Counted from the whole stretch's first letter, positions 39,687 to 52,454 are shown. The stretch is DNA of 63,841 bases, filler included, from Phoronis australis (GCA_002633005.1; 7 parts of 7 records of this genome joined end to end with filler, not necessarily neighbours in it); one strand, 5' to 3'. The notes: generated by a model not told the origin, from the letters alone. Program-made: numbers and translations.

Positions 39687-40706
39687 CTGTAAACATCAGA
39701 CAACCATAATGAACTTGTAGTGTGGTTACATNGACATCAGCCATAAGTACATATCATATCAGCCATAGCTACACATGATGTCAGTCATAGGTACACATAT
39801 TAATGACTCAGTGAGATGACAAAGAAGGGGACTGACTTTTAAGCAAAGTAAACGAATGTCTTAAGAGTTCATATGATGACTCCATGAGTCAAAACTCGAA
39901 AACTGATGCTTTTCAGTAAATTAAAATATCAATTATTACTAATCCTACAATCTCGCCAATTTCAGACTAAACAATAGCTAAAATTGCCCATTTTTTCATT
40001 TTTCCAGAGCTTCAAGTATCAATGTGAATGTTCACAATTTTACAAAATGTTGTCAGATGGGACAGAAATTAAAGTAGCAATAATGCCGCATTTTGTCAAA
40101 GAAACAAAATTTTGAATTAGAGCACTTACTACTGTAAAATTGGTCACAATTTGTTCCTTATTCAGGTGAGAAGTGATTTTTGGACTAGTAAAGGACTGAG
40201 AGTTCATTATTCTTTGAGACCATACTCGCCGCAACAAACCAAGTTGAAAAGCCCTGTCTCAAGCAATAACCAACTATCAGATGAGTTCTTAAGTAGCCCT
40301 GAAATTACCTAGAAACTGACCGAGGAAGAATTTGAAGCCAATTTCAAGACAGAAAGTGGTCTTCGTCAAAAGTTGCTTTTTGTGATGGAAGACAGGTTTA
40401 GAACTGCTTTACACATGGTTGTCAAAAACATTTTATGTAGTGCTATTCATCTTACACGAAAAAAGGCAAAAAAATAAAAATCACTCAACTTTTATGTGAT
40501 ATTTTACTGTACTACAATAAAAAATTCATTGGCATATCTACAACAGAAAGATTGGATAAAAAAGAAACAGCAAAGATATAGCTTCATTTGCCAATCAGTT
40601 ATCACAGCACAAAATTCACTTAAAGTTCCATGAAAGCAGCAGCCTATGCTTCTATGCACTAGAAGTGTCACCAGCTGGTGCTTGCTGTAGTTCATCAAAC
40701 ACCCAC

Positions 40707-40885
40707 CTTGTCACCACAGCTCATGCAGTAACTTGCATCTTTAAACTCATGCCAAGTGCGCCCTCCGTTGGACGAAGTAAACATCATGGCGGAGTATTTG
40801 GAGAATATACGCTCGTGAGGGATGAAAGGGTCTTCTTTATTATCATCCTCGTCTTCATCTTCCAGACCAGCAGACAAGACAGAGT
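40707..40885 (-). CDS. Duplicate (copy 2) of exon 39032-39210
   Basis: Same peptide and splice sites; a synonymous TTC/TTT difference is visible. Confidence 0.75.
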
Positions 40886-40970
40886 CTGAAAAAGAGGCTT
40901 CCTTTAGCAAAACCAGACATCTGCAAACAGCCTGGCTGTTAGCTGGTGACTATGGTGAAAAACAGAACTG

Positions 40971-41196
40971 CAAATGACACTGGTATGAACGACACTGAAT
41001 GACACTGGTATAAATGACACTGATATGAATGACACTGGTATAAAAGACACTGGTATAAATGCCACTGGTTTGAACGACACAGGAGTAAACGACACTGGTA
41101 TGAACGACACTAGTATACATGACGCTGGTATGAACGACACTGGTATGAACGACACTGATATATGTGACACTGGTATAAATGACACTGGTATATATG
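40971..41196. repeat. 15-bp minisatellite, long version
   Basis: About 15 copies; it explains the SFIPV-repeat ORF. Confidence 0.9.
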
Positions 41197-41381
41197 ATTA
41201 AAGTTGCTGTTTAACTCAGGTCAACACTTTGAATTTATTTACACAAAATGATAAATTGCAGAAATGGACAATGTAGCTTGTTTAGATTAGATACGTTATT
41301 TGCTTGTCACAAGAACCCCAAAAGTTTGTGAAGCATTAAGTATTGCTGCAAATTGAAATATCCTAAAATTGCTCTTATTAC

Positions 41382-41485
41382 CTTTGCCTGTGCTGTGAGG
41401 TCGACCACTTATGACAGCCCTCTTCATGTCGTCAAATTCTTTTACTGAAGCCCTACGTGCTGCTTCTTTGGTGGAAAGTACTTTG
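41382..41485 (-). CDS. Duplicate (copy 2) of exon 39583-39686
   Basis: Same peptide and splice sites. Confidence 0.75.
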
Positions 41486-42942
41486 CTGTAAACATCAGAC
41501 AACCATAATGAACTTGTAGTGTGGTTACATCCTTTTATAATTAAACTATTATTATTGTTATTTCGTTCTGCGGATAGTGTGTTAAATCTCCTGAGCATTC
41601 ATTACACTGACTTTGAAATCAAGAGAGTTATATAACTACAGATCACACAGAAGTAAAATACAAAAAAGCCCCATATCAGTTGTATAACTCCGAAATACAC
41701 AAATGAGTACAAATTAAAAATTTAGTGATTTAGCAATATAGATTAAATTTTAATTTCTCCATACCAATTGTTTATAACATAAATGCTGTATTAGCTATCC
41801 GTCTACAATGTCCCTAGTATACATAATTATAGTCTGAAGTATTTAGATCTATGCCAACGTGTTGGTACACACTAATTCAAAAAGCTTTGCTAAATTTTAC
41901 TGAACATTGAAGCAATTTACAATAGTCACGTAGAGAATTGTAGTAATAACACAAAGCGCACAAAAATGCAACAACATGCAAGCCATGACACACTGCTTGT
42001 CAGTACAGAAAATGATGAGAGTGAGACTCGGGCTAAAATATCACCAATTCAGAACACAATATGGACCATAACTGAAATACTATAATCTCTGTAGCAGCTG
42101 AATCAAAGTGAATGCATAATCAGTTTTGTACCATAGCTACCACCAAACAATATTTTGAAAAATTGTAGTGACTTATAACAATGTTAGAAGCCCTTAAACA
42201 TGAAAAAGAGCAATCTTGGCGATATTTATGTCCAAAATTGCAAATTATGCAGCAGCTACAGCAGATGATGTCTTTGGAAAGCATGTACAAACTTCTTGAA
42301 CTAATAATAAAATCAGAATGTGGTGGAATGGTCAAGACCACAAGCAACTGACAGGAGACACAACAAAGCCTGCGTATACCATGTCACAAATGCTGTTGGC
42401 TTCTGTTGGATTTTCTAAAACTTGTGTGCGTTTTTGTGAAGAAAGCTATGATGGAGCAAGTGTGAATAGTTACTGTATGGGCTGTTTGCTACATACATGC
42501 TGTGGAAAAATGGCAGATTTATTCATTAGATACTAAATGTGGTAGGTTTATATTGCATTCAAATACCAAAATGTTGAGTAAATACAAGCAATTTTTGCAG
42601 TAAGTATATGTATCACACAACACATAACACCAAAGATGTCAGTGTTCATTACAGACATGAATTTAAGCTCAAAAGAATCGTTCATGATAGACCAAAGAAA
42701 GCAACAGACCAAAACAAAGAAAAAGACCAACTGCCATATTGTTCACTACATGCACATGCTTGATACAGTCATGCCAATGTTAGTGACTTGGAAATTTGGT
42801 CTTACACTTGACACAATTAACATGGGAATAATAATTAAACCTCCATTAAACAAAAGTGCAAAATGTCTAACAATATACAGATAATTGATAGTTACTGACA
42901 TTAGGTGATGTGTTAGATATTACTTGGCTAAACCTTTATTCA

Positions 42943-43356
42943 GTGAATTGGGACCATAATCAGACTCAATGGTGAAGTGGGACCATAACTGGACTCAATT
43001 GTGAGGTGGGACCATAATTAAACTCAATTGTGAATTGGGACCATACGTAGCACTCAATTGTGATTTGGGAGCATGAGTAGACTCAGTTGTGAAGTGGGAC
43101 CATAAGTAGACTGAACTGTGAATTGGGACCATAATTAGACTCGATGGTGAATTGGGATCATAATTAAACTCAATTGTGAAGTGGGTCCATAATCAGACTC
43201 AATTGTGAATTGGGACCATAAATAGAATCAATTGTGAATTGGGACCATAATTAGACTCGATGGTGAATTGGGATCATAATTAAACTCAGTTGTGAAGTGG
43301 GTCCATAATCAGACTCAATTGTGAAGTGGGACCATATATAGAATCAATTGTGAATT
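42943..43356. repeat. Minisatellite, 29-bp unit (GTGAATTGGGACCATAATTAGACTCAATT), about 14 copies
   Basis: Direct inspection. Confidence 0.93.
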
Positions 43357-44299
43357 GTTGGAGTATTTAGCTATAGTAAGTACATACAAATACTATAAAT
43401 TTTAACTGCATGGGTAAAACTAAATATTTTCTGAGGGCAGAAATACAATTAAAATATGATTTCTTGGGTTTATACCAATCCGCTGTTAATTGGATTATAA
43501 TAGCATGTCTTATTAGTTAACTCTAAACCCATAAAGGTATCTGCACAGCAAAACAACAGAACTAACATGACCAAATTATTGTTCGACATAAATGGTCGAG
43601 GTGAAATCTCAAGAACGCTGTTACAGGTTTTCAAAACATTTCGTTTTATGCAACCATCTAGTTTTTTCATAAGAGTTATAAAAGTCCTATTTTCTGATAC
43701 CATCTCATGCAAAACTGGAAATTGTTAAAAACAAGAAGTTTGGAGAATAGTGTATAAAGCATAGTACCTGAAAGTTTCACATGTACCCGATCAGTTACGT
43801 TTCTGAGATATCATGTTCTGAAGTGTTGGCCAATGTCTGATGGTCTTACATAACCTTAACTGACTTTCATGAAACAAATAACTGGCTATCATTAACATTT
43901 CAGAAATAGGTCTTTAGAAATGCAAAGCTAGAGATCTAGACAAAAACTGATAGTGAATGTTTGAAGGAAACAATTTAACGAGTATATTAACCCTGTGTTC
44001 TTCTGACAAACAGAATCCCCACTGCATTTGTAGCCAGAAAGTACAAAACCAAGCTGAAGACAAGACGACAGGAATACTGAAAGAAAACCATATTGCACAC
44101 GTTTGACAACACTTGGTGGAGAAGGTTCAATATTGTGCAGGTAGGCAGGTGGGTTTGTTTGCTGTTTTTAAAGTTCGTGTAGGCTAGAGCTTTTCACCAA
44201 TGTCTAGGTGGAATGTGCATTCATGATACATAAACTGGTGTGTTTGGTGAGTGTATGAGTTGCATTGTTCAGAAAGCAGTCACCTCAACCTTTACTTAC

Positions 44300-44317
44300 T
44301 CTTTCTGGTTCGTGTCC
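44300..44317 (-). CDS. Candidate 18-nt micro-exon (M)DTNQK(D) of the coiled-coil gene
   Basis: A long polypyrimidine tract ends in ctcttaaAG, then GGACACGAACCAGAAAGA, then a GTAAGT donor. Phase 2 to 2 fits both neighbours. Confidence 0.6.
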
Positions 44318-45302
44318 CTTTAAGAGAAGGAGGGAGGAAAGCATCAAAGGAAAGATAAGGTGGAAGTGATATAAATGAATAACAATTGAGTACAATTTAC
44401 GGTAAGGTTTCCACAAATTCAAACAAAAATAATGGCCAACATTTTCATAACTTCATCATCTAATTTGTTTATGACAGCCATACTATACAAAATTTTCAAA
44501 TAATGAAGTAACACTGTCTTCTCTTCTTCAAAATATTAATGAAATAAAATTTTGTTGTTCCACTATATACACTGTGTTCTAAATGGAAGATACTTACTGT
44601 AGTCTAGACAATATCTAACTTACAAGAGCTCTGTGATTACAAATATCATGGCCACATTACACCAATTCCAAAGTATTTGACCTCTAGGATAACCACAACA
44701 AAATATTGTTGCTTCCATGGTCAAATCCACAGAATTTGCTCTTTTGAAAGAGCTTTATTAACAGTTACTTACTGGTATGGACTCCTGTATTTTGAGAACC
44801 AGTTTTCTCCACTGAATAACTGGCATAACTGGCATTAAAACAGGTTCTCAAAAATGTGGGGTCCTAGCTGGTAAGTGACTATTGCCAAGCTTGATATGAA
44901 GACAATTCTACAGTATTTGTGACCGTGACACAGTGAGGGAACAAACATTGTGAATTTGTTCTTTAAAGATAATTTTCTGCAGCTTCAGTCAACATCAAAT
45001 TGTGCACAGTAACAAATTAAATCAAAATTTATTCCCAAAAACTGCTCTTTCAACACAACTATCTCTTTCCAAAATAAACAGCCTTCAGGAGATTTAGTGT
45101 GAGCATCTTTTTAAGCTTGATCTTCTATATTTTAGTAAAAAAGATTAAAGAGAACTTTTAATTAAGAACAATGAGAACGTTGATTTCCTCCAGGAACGCT
45201 CACTTCAGTTTTGTTGAACGGGCATCGCCAGACATCTAAAGGACATCAGGGGATAAGTTTCTAAATGACTGAAGTATGATTAACATTACTGAGCAACTGG
45301 CA

Positions 45303-45458
45303 TCCACATGGCGTCCCCGAGATGTCCGGGCACTCCAGATGCCATCCCCGAGACGTCCGGGCAATCCAGATGCCATCCCCGAGACGTCCGGGAACTCCAC
45401 ATGCTGTCCCCTAGACGTCCGGGCACACCACATGCTGTCCCCGAGACGTCCGGGCACT
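45303..45458. repeat. GC-rich minisatellite, about 33-bp unit (CCCCGAGACGTCCGGGCACTCCAGATGCCAT), 4-5 copies
   Basis: Direct inspection; intronic. Confidence 0.88.
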
Positions 45459-45477
45459 GTTTAATAAAGGTTCTTAC

Positions 45478-45605
45478 ATGGTTGGCTTGTTCTCTTCTAA
45501 AATCTGAAGCTGTTCCTCCATCATCAGAATGTGCTGCCGAATTAATCCCAGTTCTTCATTAATGTTGTCAATGGTGCGCTTGAATCTCTCCTGGGTCTGC
45601 CATAA
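45478..45605 (-). CDS. Unidentified coiled-coil gene, exon LWQTQERFKRTIDNINEELGLIRQHILMMEEQLQILEENKPT
   Basis: tgtgttcAG acceptor and GTAAGA donor; 128 nt, phase 0 to 2; heptad pattern. Confidence 0.85.
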
Positions 45606-47645
45606 CTGAACACAAGAAATCACCTCTAGTCATGCACCACATCTGAACTTTACTAAGTGACAAACACAGACAGACAAAATAACCCAGAATTCCCTGTTGG
45701 AATGACTGAGGGCAAGCGGAATTCACCGTCATGACGACTACATGCTCGGAGAATTTGTCATCAAAGTCATGTTTGCTGTAGGTTAAATCAATCAACCAAG
45801 TCATGACATGAGGTTCAGAACAAGACAAAAGTATTATCCGAAAAAAATACTGTCTTTCCTATCATAACAACTAATTTTGTGAACAACAAAAATGAATGGT
45901 GATAATCATTAGGGTCCCAAATTTCTAATTAGTGAATGGCTTAACCACCTTTATAACGTTCCAGTTGACTCCTGCATTCTTCGTCATGATAGAATTCAAC
46001 TGCCACTCAGCTGTTATGAAGGGGAAATATTTTGTCTTATACATTTGGCTTTTAGTTTAGTTTGTTAATGAAGTTTGCAGTTCCAATAAATCTTCCAGTT
46101 TTTCAAAATTTATTCATAATCATTAAACGACTCAGAGCTTTTCGTGAGGTCAACATGAAGTTCATAGAATATCACTCCAAATGGTTTTTTTAGAAGACAA
46201 AATGTCTTGTACGATGTACATTGCGAACTTATAAGGAGGGTGTAAACACCCGAATTTTGGATTTTTGAATTTTTAGATTTTTCAAAACTTTGATTATTTA
46301 TTAATGTTCGTCGCAAAATGAAATTGACTTGAAAAGTGCATAGTTGTCATTTTAACCACATCTGTCAAAATTCCTTTCCCTGTAGGGCTGCTCATCAGGT
46401 TTGAATGTTAGTTCACTGTAGGAATCCAAAGAGCCTAGACAACAAATTGTCCAATTATCACACCACCACACAAGGTCCTTGTGTCAAAATGTGCAACAGA
46501 CCAAGCAGACAAATTGGACTTGGATCTTAGAAGCACTTACATTTTTAGAAAAAAAAACTCAAATTTTGCAATACACCAACTGAAAATTTGGTTATTTTGC
46601 GATAGAAGGTGCCCTCTGGTGTCTTTTTACCATGTTCAGTAAAACTGGAGCAATATATGCACAGACTTTCAGTGACAGTTGACCACAAGTAGCATGCGAT
46701 AATTGCAAAATTTTAAAGACGTTTATCCCAATCATTATTTCACTGTAGTGGCAATATCAATATGCTCATTCAAGTTCATTTCTCAGCTATATTTTAATCA
46801 ATTTTTACGAAATAATACAAATGAACTTCAAATCAGTGCCAGGGATTTTATTAAAATCGATTGCATCTTGAGTTATTTTGATATGAAGTTGGAATTTTGA
46901 CTGAATGTTGTGTATTTGCCAAATCTCAGAAACAGTTAATACAAAAAACAGTATGTGATGATGGCTTTATGGTCATAATTGTGAATGAGTGACTTAAATA
47001 AGACTTTTGGAAGATTTTGAAATCTGTGACAGCATTTTGGAAAAGCCATCAAGAAAAAAATCATCTTTTTGGGAAAATTTAAATATGTTTCATATTAAAA
47101 TATATCGATTTTTCACCTAACTTCTATTAATTGGATTACATGACCATGACTTTTTAGCACAATACAGCCAAAAATAGAGGTGCATTGACAGCAAATTATA
47201 TTTGATATAAATGTTCAAGTTACAGTTTTCTAAAATATCACTTTTTGTTTTTTCATGAAAATCATGAAAGTCATATTTCTTAATAGTCTCTCATGCAAAA
47301 GTGGAACGTTTTAAAATCAATTCCTAGTTACAGTATTTTGGAGAAGAGTGCATAAAGCCTAGTTTCATATGAACCAAATCAGCCATTTCTGAGTTACGAT
47401 TTTTCATTTGGACATTTTTATAGAGCCCTAGATAACCCTAAGTCTATGAACCTATGTCTAAAATGATGCCTTTCTTCAAAATATTTTTACTCTCAAGTAT
47501 TTCACCAAAAACGCTTAGTCACCATCTAGAAAATTCCAGGAACTCACTCGCGCCAGATTAGTCCAAACAGCTAGTAAGTATACAATGTTGCAATGTAATG
47601 AGTACAATGTGACCTTTACTGTGATCTTTTATCAACAAGACTAAC

Positions 47646-47761
47646 CTCTTGTCCAGCTTGCTCAATGTGCTGGTTGTTCATCTGTGAAGTCAACTCATCA
47701 ACATTTTCAGTTGGTTTTTCTGCTAGTTCATTCTTATGCATTTCTAACTCCTTGTCAAATT
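47646..47761 (-). CDS. Unidentified coiled-coil gene, exon FDKELEMHKNELAEKPTENVDELTSQMNNQHIEQAGQE
   Basis: ttttcAG acceptor and GTTAGT donor; 116 nt, phase 1 to 0. Confidence 0.8.
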
Positions 47762-47863
47762 CTGAAAATCAGGGTCAGGAATAAGAAAAAGTCTTTAAGA
47801 GAGTGAAAATAACTTGCAATACCACAGAGGAAGTTGTAGAGATTGAGAGGGTGTGTTGTCATA

Positions 47864-48469
47864 NNNNNNNNNNNNNNNNNNNNNNNNNNNNNNNNNNNNN
47901 NNNNNNNNNNNNNNNNNNNNNNNNNNNNNNNNNNNNNNNNNNNNNNNNNNNNNNNNNNNNNNNNNNNNNNNNNNNNNNNNNNNNNNNNNNNNNNNNNNNN
48001 NNNNNNNNNNNNNNNNNNNNNNNNNNNNNNNNNNNNNNNNNNNNNNNNNNNNNNNNNNNNNNNNNNNNNNNNNNNNNNNNNNNNNNNNNNNNNNNNNNNN
48101 NNNNNNNNNNNNNNNNNNNNNNNNNNNNNNNNNNNNNNNNNNNNNNNNNNNNNNNNNNNNNNNNNNNNNNNNNNNNNNNNNNNNNNNNNNNNNNNNNNNN
48201 NNNNNNNNNNNNNNNNNNNNNNNNNNNNNNNNNNNNNNNNNNNNNNNNNNNNNNNNNNNNNNNNNNNNNNNNNNNNNNNNNNNNNNNNNNNNNNNNNNNN
48301 NNNNNNNNNNNNNNNNNNNNNNNNNNNNNNNNNNNNNNNNNNNNNNNNNNNNNNNNNNNNNNNNNNNNNNNNNNNNNNNNNNNNNNNNNNNNNNNNNNNN
48401 NNNNNNNNNNNNNNNNNNNNNNNNNNNNNNNNNNNNNNNNNNNNNNNNNNNNNNNNNNNNNNNNNNNNN
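47864..48469. other. Scaffold gap (606 N)
   Basis: N run without the linker; the gene continues in the same orientation on both sides. Confidence 0.98.
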
Positions 48470-48493
48470 ATCTTTAGCCTCGTGTAGCTCATC
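48470..48493 (-). CDS. Unidentified coiled-coil gene, exon start DELHEAKD, truncated by the gap
   Basis: aatctaAG acceptor, phase 0, continuing ...DIDELK. Confidence 0.6.
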
Positions 48494-49006
48494 CTTAGAT
48501 TTAACAAATATCAAAACATTACAGAGAATTCACTAAACAATGTGTTACATACAGTACAGTTCTCAAATATTTTGTTGAACGGGTGACACCCAGACATCTG
48601 ACCGCTGGCCATCTGTTGCCATCCTCCAGATGTCCGGTGTTGTTTCGATGGCGTCCATTCAACAAGACACGGGGAACTATATCAAAACATCCCAGAGAGC
48701 TCACACGAAAAGTTTCAAAGACAATGCCTCAGTTGAAAACATTTATAGGTATAAGCATTATGTTGGTATGACTCCTAGCTTAGCATAAAGTACTCGTAGC
48801 TAGATAGGGAAGATAGGCAGAACTCCAGCAAGCAGTAAGGCACAAAAAATGAGATTTTGATAAGTTAGACTAAATCCTTGTAGTAATAAACTAGATATCC
48901 AATGTCAGTTGATTTGAAATTGGCATCAAGAAAATCATAGGTTAGAAGAGTTAGACAGAGTTCTACCTAAGTCTTGTTCATAACTACTGCCATGGGTTCA
49001 ACAAAC

Positions 49007-49088
49007 CTTGAGTTCGTCAATATCACAGTTGAGTTGATAGTTGGTATTGGCTGCCCTCTGTTGTTCACTAGACAAAGTCCTCTCTAAG
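49007..49088 (-). CDS. Unidentified coiled-coil gene, exon (S)LERTLSSEQQRAANTNYQLNCDIDELK
   Basis: ttccattgcAG acceptor and GTTTGT donor; 82 nt, phase 2 to 0. Confidence 0.75.
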
Positions 49089-49893
49089 CTGCAATGGAAA
49101 GATTTCATGTTCACTTACCCAGACAGGCAGGATATAATATAAGACATAGAATATGTTTAAAGAGGTACTCCTTAACAGGTTCATCAGAGGAAAGTGACTC
49201 AACATTTGAATAGCTATAACACAGTTACCCACCAGCAACATTGCTTGATATTCCATGCACTCCACTAAGTTAAGATGATACTTTCAGTTAGTGTAAACAG
49301 CTGATTACAAATTCTTCTGTTAGCAAAGCTCAATATTTGATCTTCATGTGAGAATTAGCTGTGAATGTGTTCTGAACCACACAAATGGCCTTCTTTGGAT
49401 GGATGACCAAGTTGAAGAAAATGGCGTCAACTAGATACACTCCAAGAACAGGATAATAACAAGGTGCTTGAAGTGAGTTTTAGGTGAGATGCTATAAGTT
49501 TTGTCATAGAATGTTACTCTAATGGACTAATTAGTGAATCAATATACAAATGCTAAATGTTCTAGTTGAGAGCACTGGGAATAACACTAATAAAGAAACA
49601 GATTCAGTCTAACTTAATGAATGAAGTGTGCTTCAAGTGGTTTGAGAAAACCAAGGAAATTCATAAATGGAAAGAAATATTAATTTGAACAATGAAGCAC
49701 TGTAATGAAGTTTCATTTAAAATTTGCACTATGGATGGTAGTTTTTAGAAATTAGTGACTGACAAAAAAGTGTACATAACACACGTTCTGAGAAAAACTA
49801 ACTCTTAATTCCTGACTCACAAAATGAAGTTGTCTACTTGATAAGATCTGAGAACCTTCTTGCATATTTCAGATGAAGTTGCCTATCCCTTAC

Positions 49894-50028
49894 CTGTTTA
49901 TTTCTTCATTTTTTTCCGCAATATCCAGATTCAAACTCTCTATTTCGCCGTTCAGTTCATCAATATTTGTGTTGAGATCAGCTATATCTTGCTGGGCCTT
50001 TTCGAAGTCTTTGTGTTTGTCAAACAGT
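49894..50028 (-). CDS. Unidentified coiled-coil gene, exon LFDKHKDFEKAQQDIADLNTNIDELNGEIESLNLDIAEKNEEIN
   Basis: aattacAG acceptor and GTAAGG donor; 135 nt, phase 2 to 2; strong heptad periodicity. Confidence 0.85.
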
Positions 50029-50149
50029 CTGTAATTAAGTCTCCATTTTAACAATCCCGTCTCCAGTTATGAATATTTTTATTTCGACGAATGAAATTTC
50101 TACACACTCAGGCAATTTTAGTTGATCGTAATATATCATACAGTACTTT

Positions 50150-50375
50150 TGTATGAATTCATATCAACAATTCTATGAAGTTATAAGAATGATATTGTAT
50201 AATATGAATTCATATGAATGATACTGTATTATATGAATTCATGTGAATGATGCTGTATAATATGAATTCATGTGAACGATATTGTATTATATGAATTCAC
50301 ATTAAATGGTACAATAATTGCATTATATAAATTCATGAGACTGGTATTGTATTATATGAATTCATATGAATGTTA
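50150..50375. repeat. Degenerate AT-rich minisatellite, about 29-bp unit (TATTGTATTATATGAATTCATATGAATGA)
   Basis: Repeated ATATGAATTCAT cores. Confidence 0.8.
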
Positions 50376-51436
50376 TGGATTAATAATTGACAAGAATTCA
50401 CATTAATAGTTGATATAATATTTATTAAAAGGTATATTATCGATCCTGATTTCTTATCACAGAGCAATGATAAATGATCAAAGATTTTCCATGAACGATG
50501 CTATGAATGATGATACAAATTCATAGCTGACAACAAAATTGAGGGTGTACACATACAATGCCCACACACCAGAGTTATAAATTGCACTTTGACAATTAGG
50601 GCCAGTACTATTAGTACAGGCCCTAATTGCCTCAACGACCCAAATTGCGGCAATAATGTACTAGAGAATGTTCTAGCTATCAAGATTGCATGTTCTCTCA
50701 AAAAGGGCAAACTTTCCCAATTACAAGTTAGAAACACCATTTTGTTTAATGAGTCACGCAATACCTTTGAACACTAAGTGGTTGTCGTGCTGTTTAGCAG
50801 CAATGCCAGCAGGCAAACTTAATCTTATCAATATTGCGGTTTGCAAGCCATGGTACGTTTGGGCGAATTGTTTGTGAAAAATCATTCACCAGGATTCATT
50901 ACGCGTTTTCTCGTTGCTCCCAACTTGTTCGATTCTATAGCCCAAAAACAAGTTGGGAAAGATTACCCCTGTAGCCAATATCTTACACGACTGATTAACT
51001 CCATTCTGGCATTTATGGTTGGAGGGCCAGCTCTCTTTTGTTCGATAATTGCTGTAATCTCCAACAAGATTGTATCTACCCTGACTGGGCTATACAGTTA
51101 AAAATAAAAGTTAAGTTATAACATATTTGAAAATAAACCAATAGCATTTCTGAAATCTTTGTCAAATGGTGATCATGTTTAGTTTTTGAATTGCCAAAAT
51201 TGCCCAACTGCAACCGAAGTTACGACAATCTATTCTTTATGAATACAAAAATTCACTCTGAGTTTGACTGTGTTCACGCGTGGTCTGTAATAAGCCTGGT
51301 AGATAAATGGCCTGCTTGTTGTCATAACAGACAAAAGAGTGTTCCTGGCAGTTAACAAAGCTAGATGTTATCACATGCTCAGAACCCCCTACGTCTGGTA
51401 AAGTCACTAAAAGGGAAAACGCTGTCATGTTTCCGA

Positions 51437-51536
51437 NNNNNNNNNNNNNNNNNNNNNNNNNNNNNNNNNNNNNNNNNNNNTTAATTAATTAANNNNNNNN
51501 NNNNNNNNNNNNNNNNNNNNNNNNNNNNNNNNNNNN
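51437..51536. other. Artificial contig-joining spacer
   Basis: N44-TTAATTAATTAA-N44. Confidence 0.99.
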
Positions 51537-51538
51537 TG

Positions 51539-52126
51539 ACTCCCAGTACGTCTCTCGGTAATCCTCCTCTGCCCACCTATACACCGCCAGTGACACCGAT
51601 GGCTCCGTCTTTACCCGAAGAGACGCCTTCACTTTCTCCGAAGTTTACCCTAGGAGAAGATGGGAGTCCCAATTCACCAGAAGATGCTAATGACAACCAA
51701 GGCGCTGTGCCAAAGGAAATCCCTCTCGACTCTGTGGACTCGCAGTCAGATTCTGAACCGAAAAGTAACATGCCATCAAGAACGGCTAGCACACTTGATT
51801 TTACAGACCTAGAAGAGCAGCGTAGTTCTCTTCTAAAAGAGCTGGAACAAATGGAAAATGATGACTCGCAAAGCAGCATTTTATCGAACTCTGTAGATTC
51901 CAGTCAGGTGGTAAGATATTCTACGCCTGTGACGAATCGGTCGGTGTCTGTGGAATTAGGGACACCTATCCTGCAAGCTGATTCTCCAGCAGGTTTGCCA
52001 TCATTTGATAAATTTGCTGTTGGGATCACTGACCACATACCTTTTGAGAATCTGCCAAATGCCACGGGTACGTACAACAAATTGCAGGACGTTCTCAAAC
52101 AATCCCGAGTTTCCAAGAGTAAATGA
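51539..52126 (+). CDS. ZCCHC8: Terminal coding exon (5'-truncated) of ZCCHC8, the NEXT-complex scaffold
   Basis: Open from the contig edge to TGA. It has a Pro/Thr-rich PPLP..TPP segment, DLEEQRSSLLKELE, and a C-terminal LPSFDKFAVGITDHIPFENLPNATGTYNKL matching the recalled ZCCHC8 motif KFATGITPFEFENMAESTGMY. Confidence 0.85.
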   Translation, partial: TPSTSLGNPPLPTYTPPVTPMAPSLPEETPSLSPKFTLGEDGSPNSPEDANDNQGAVPKEIPLDSVDSQSDSEPKSNMPSRTASTLDFTDLEEQRSSLLKELEQMENDDSQSSILSNSVDSSQVVRYSTPVTNRSVSVELGTPILQADSPAGLPSFDKFAVGITDHIPFENLPNATGTYNKLQDVLKQSRVSKSK

Positions 52127-52448
52127 TAATAATTTTGGGATACAGTGTTTTACGCTATTTTAATTCTTCGGTCTTTTTAATCGTTTTCCATGATATTGTT
52201 TGTCAACTTCAAGTAACAATTATTTTATATCACCTCAAGATTCACATTTCATCTTGTTAGTGCCATTTTATATGTCCTAGTTCCAAGAATGAATGTAAAT
52301 GTAATTAGAGTTCTGTCTACTAAGCACTTATGAAATGAAAGGACTCTCTACCTTTTTCAAGTACATTGAGAGAATGAAGTAGCTTTGACTAAACTTTTGC
52401 CACTTTGTTGTGAGAAAGTTCAACACATCAAATGCTTTTACATGGTAA

Positions 52449-52454
52449 AATAAA
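52449..52454 (+). promoter_or_regulatory. Candidate polyadenylation signal of ZCCHC8
   Basis: AATAAA about 320 nt after the stop codon, followed by a GT/T-rich tract. Confidence 0.4.

Larger units (their letters stand above)
38097..41530. repeat. Tandem duplication (38097-39731 and 39733-41530) joined by a single N; probable haplotype or assembly artefact
   Basis: Two colinear copies with scattered SNPs and indels and different lengths of the 15-bp minisatellite. The junction is the N at 39732. Confidence 0.9.

Noticed and set aside
45205-45236. 32-nt exon-like block (tttAG...GTGAGC) on the minus strand
   Set aside because: In the incoming phase it introduces TGA and is not frame-preserving. 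It is cryptic or at most a poison exon, with no further support.
47755-48536. 200-250 aa ORFs in the track
   Set aside because: Artefacts of the 606-N gap.
50987-51089. Candidate upstream exon PVRVDTILLEITAIIEQKRAG... of the coiled-coil gene
   Set aside because: Splice sites are plausible, but its end phase does not match the next exon and no bridging exon was found. Left unannotated.
51577-52116. Minus-strand ORFs overlapping ZCCHC8
   Set aside because: Antisense shadows of the real coding exon.
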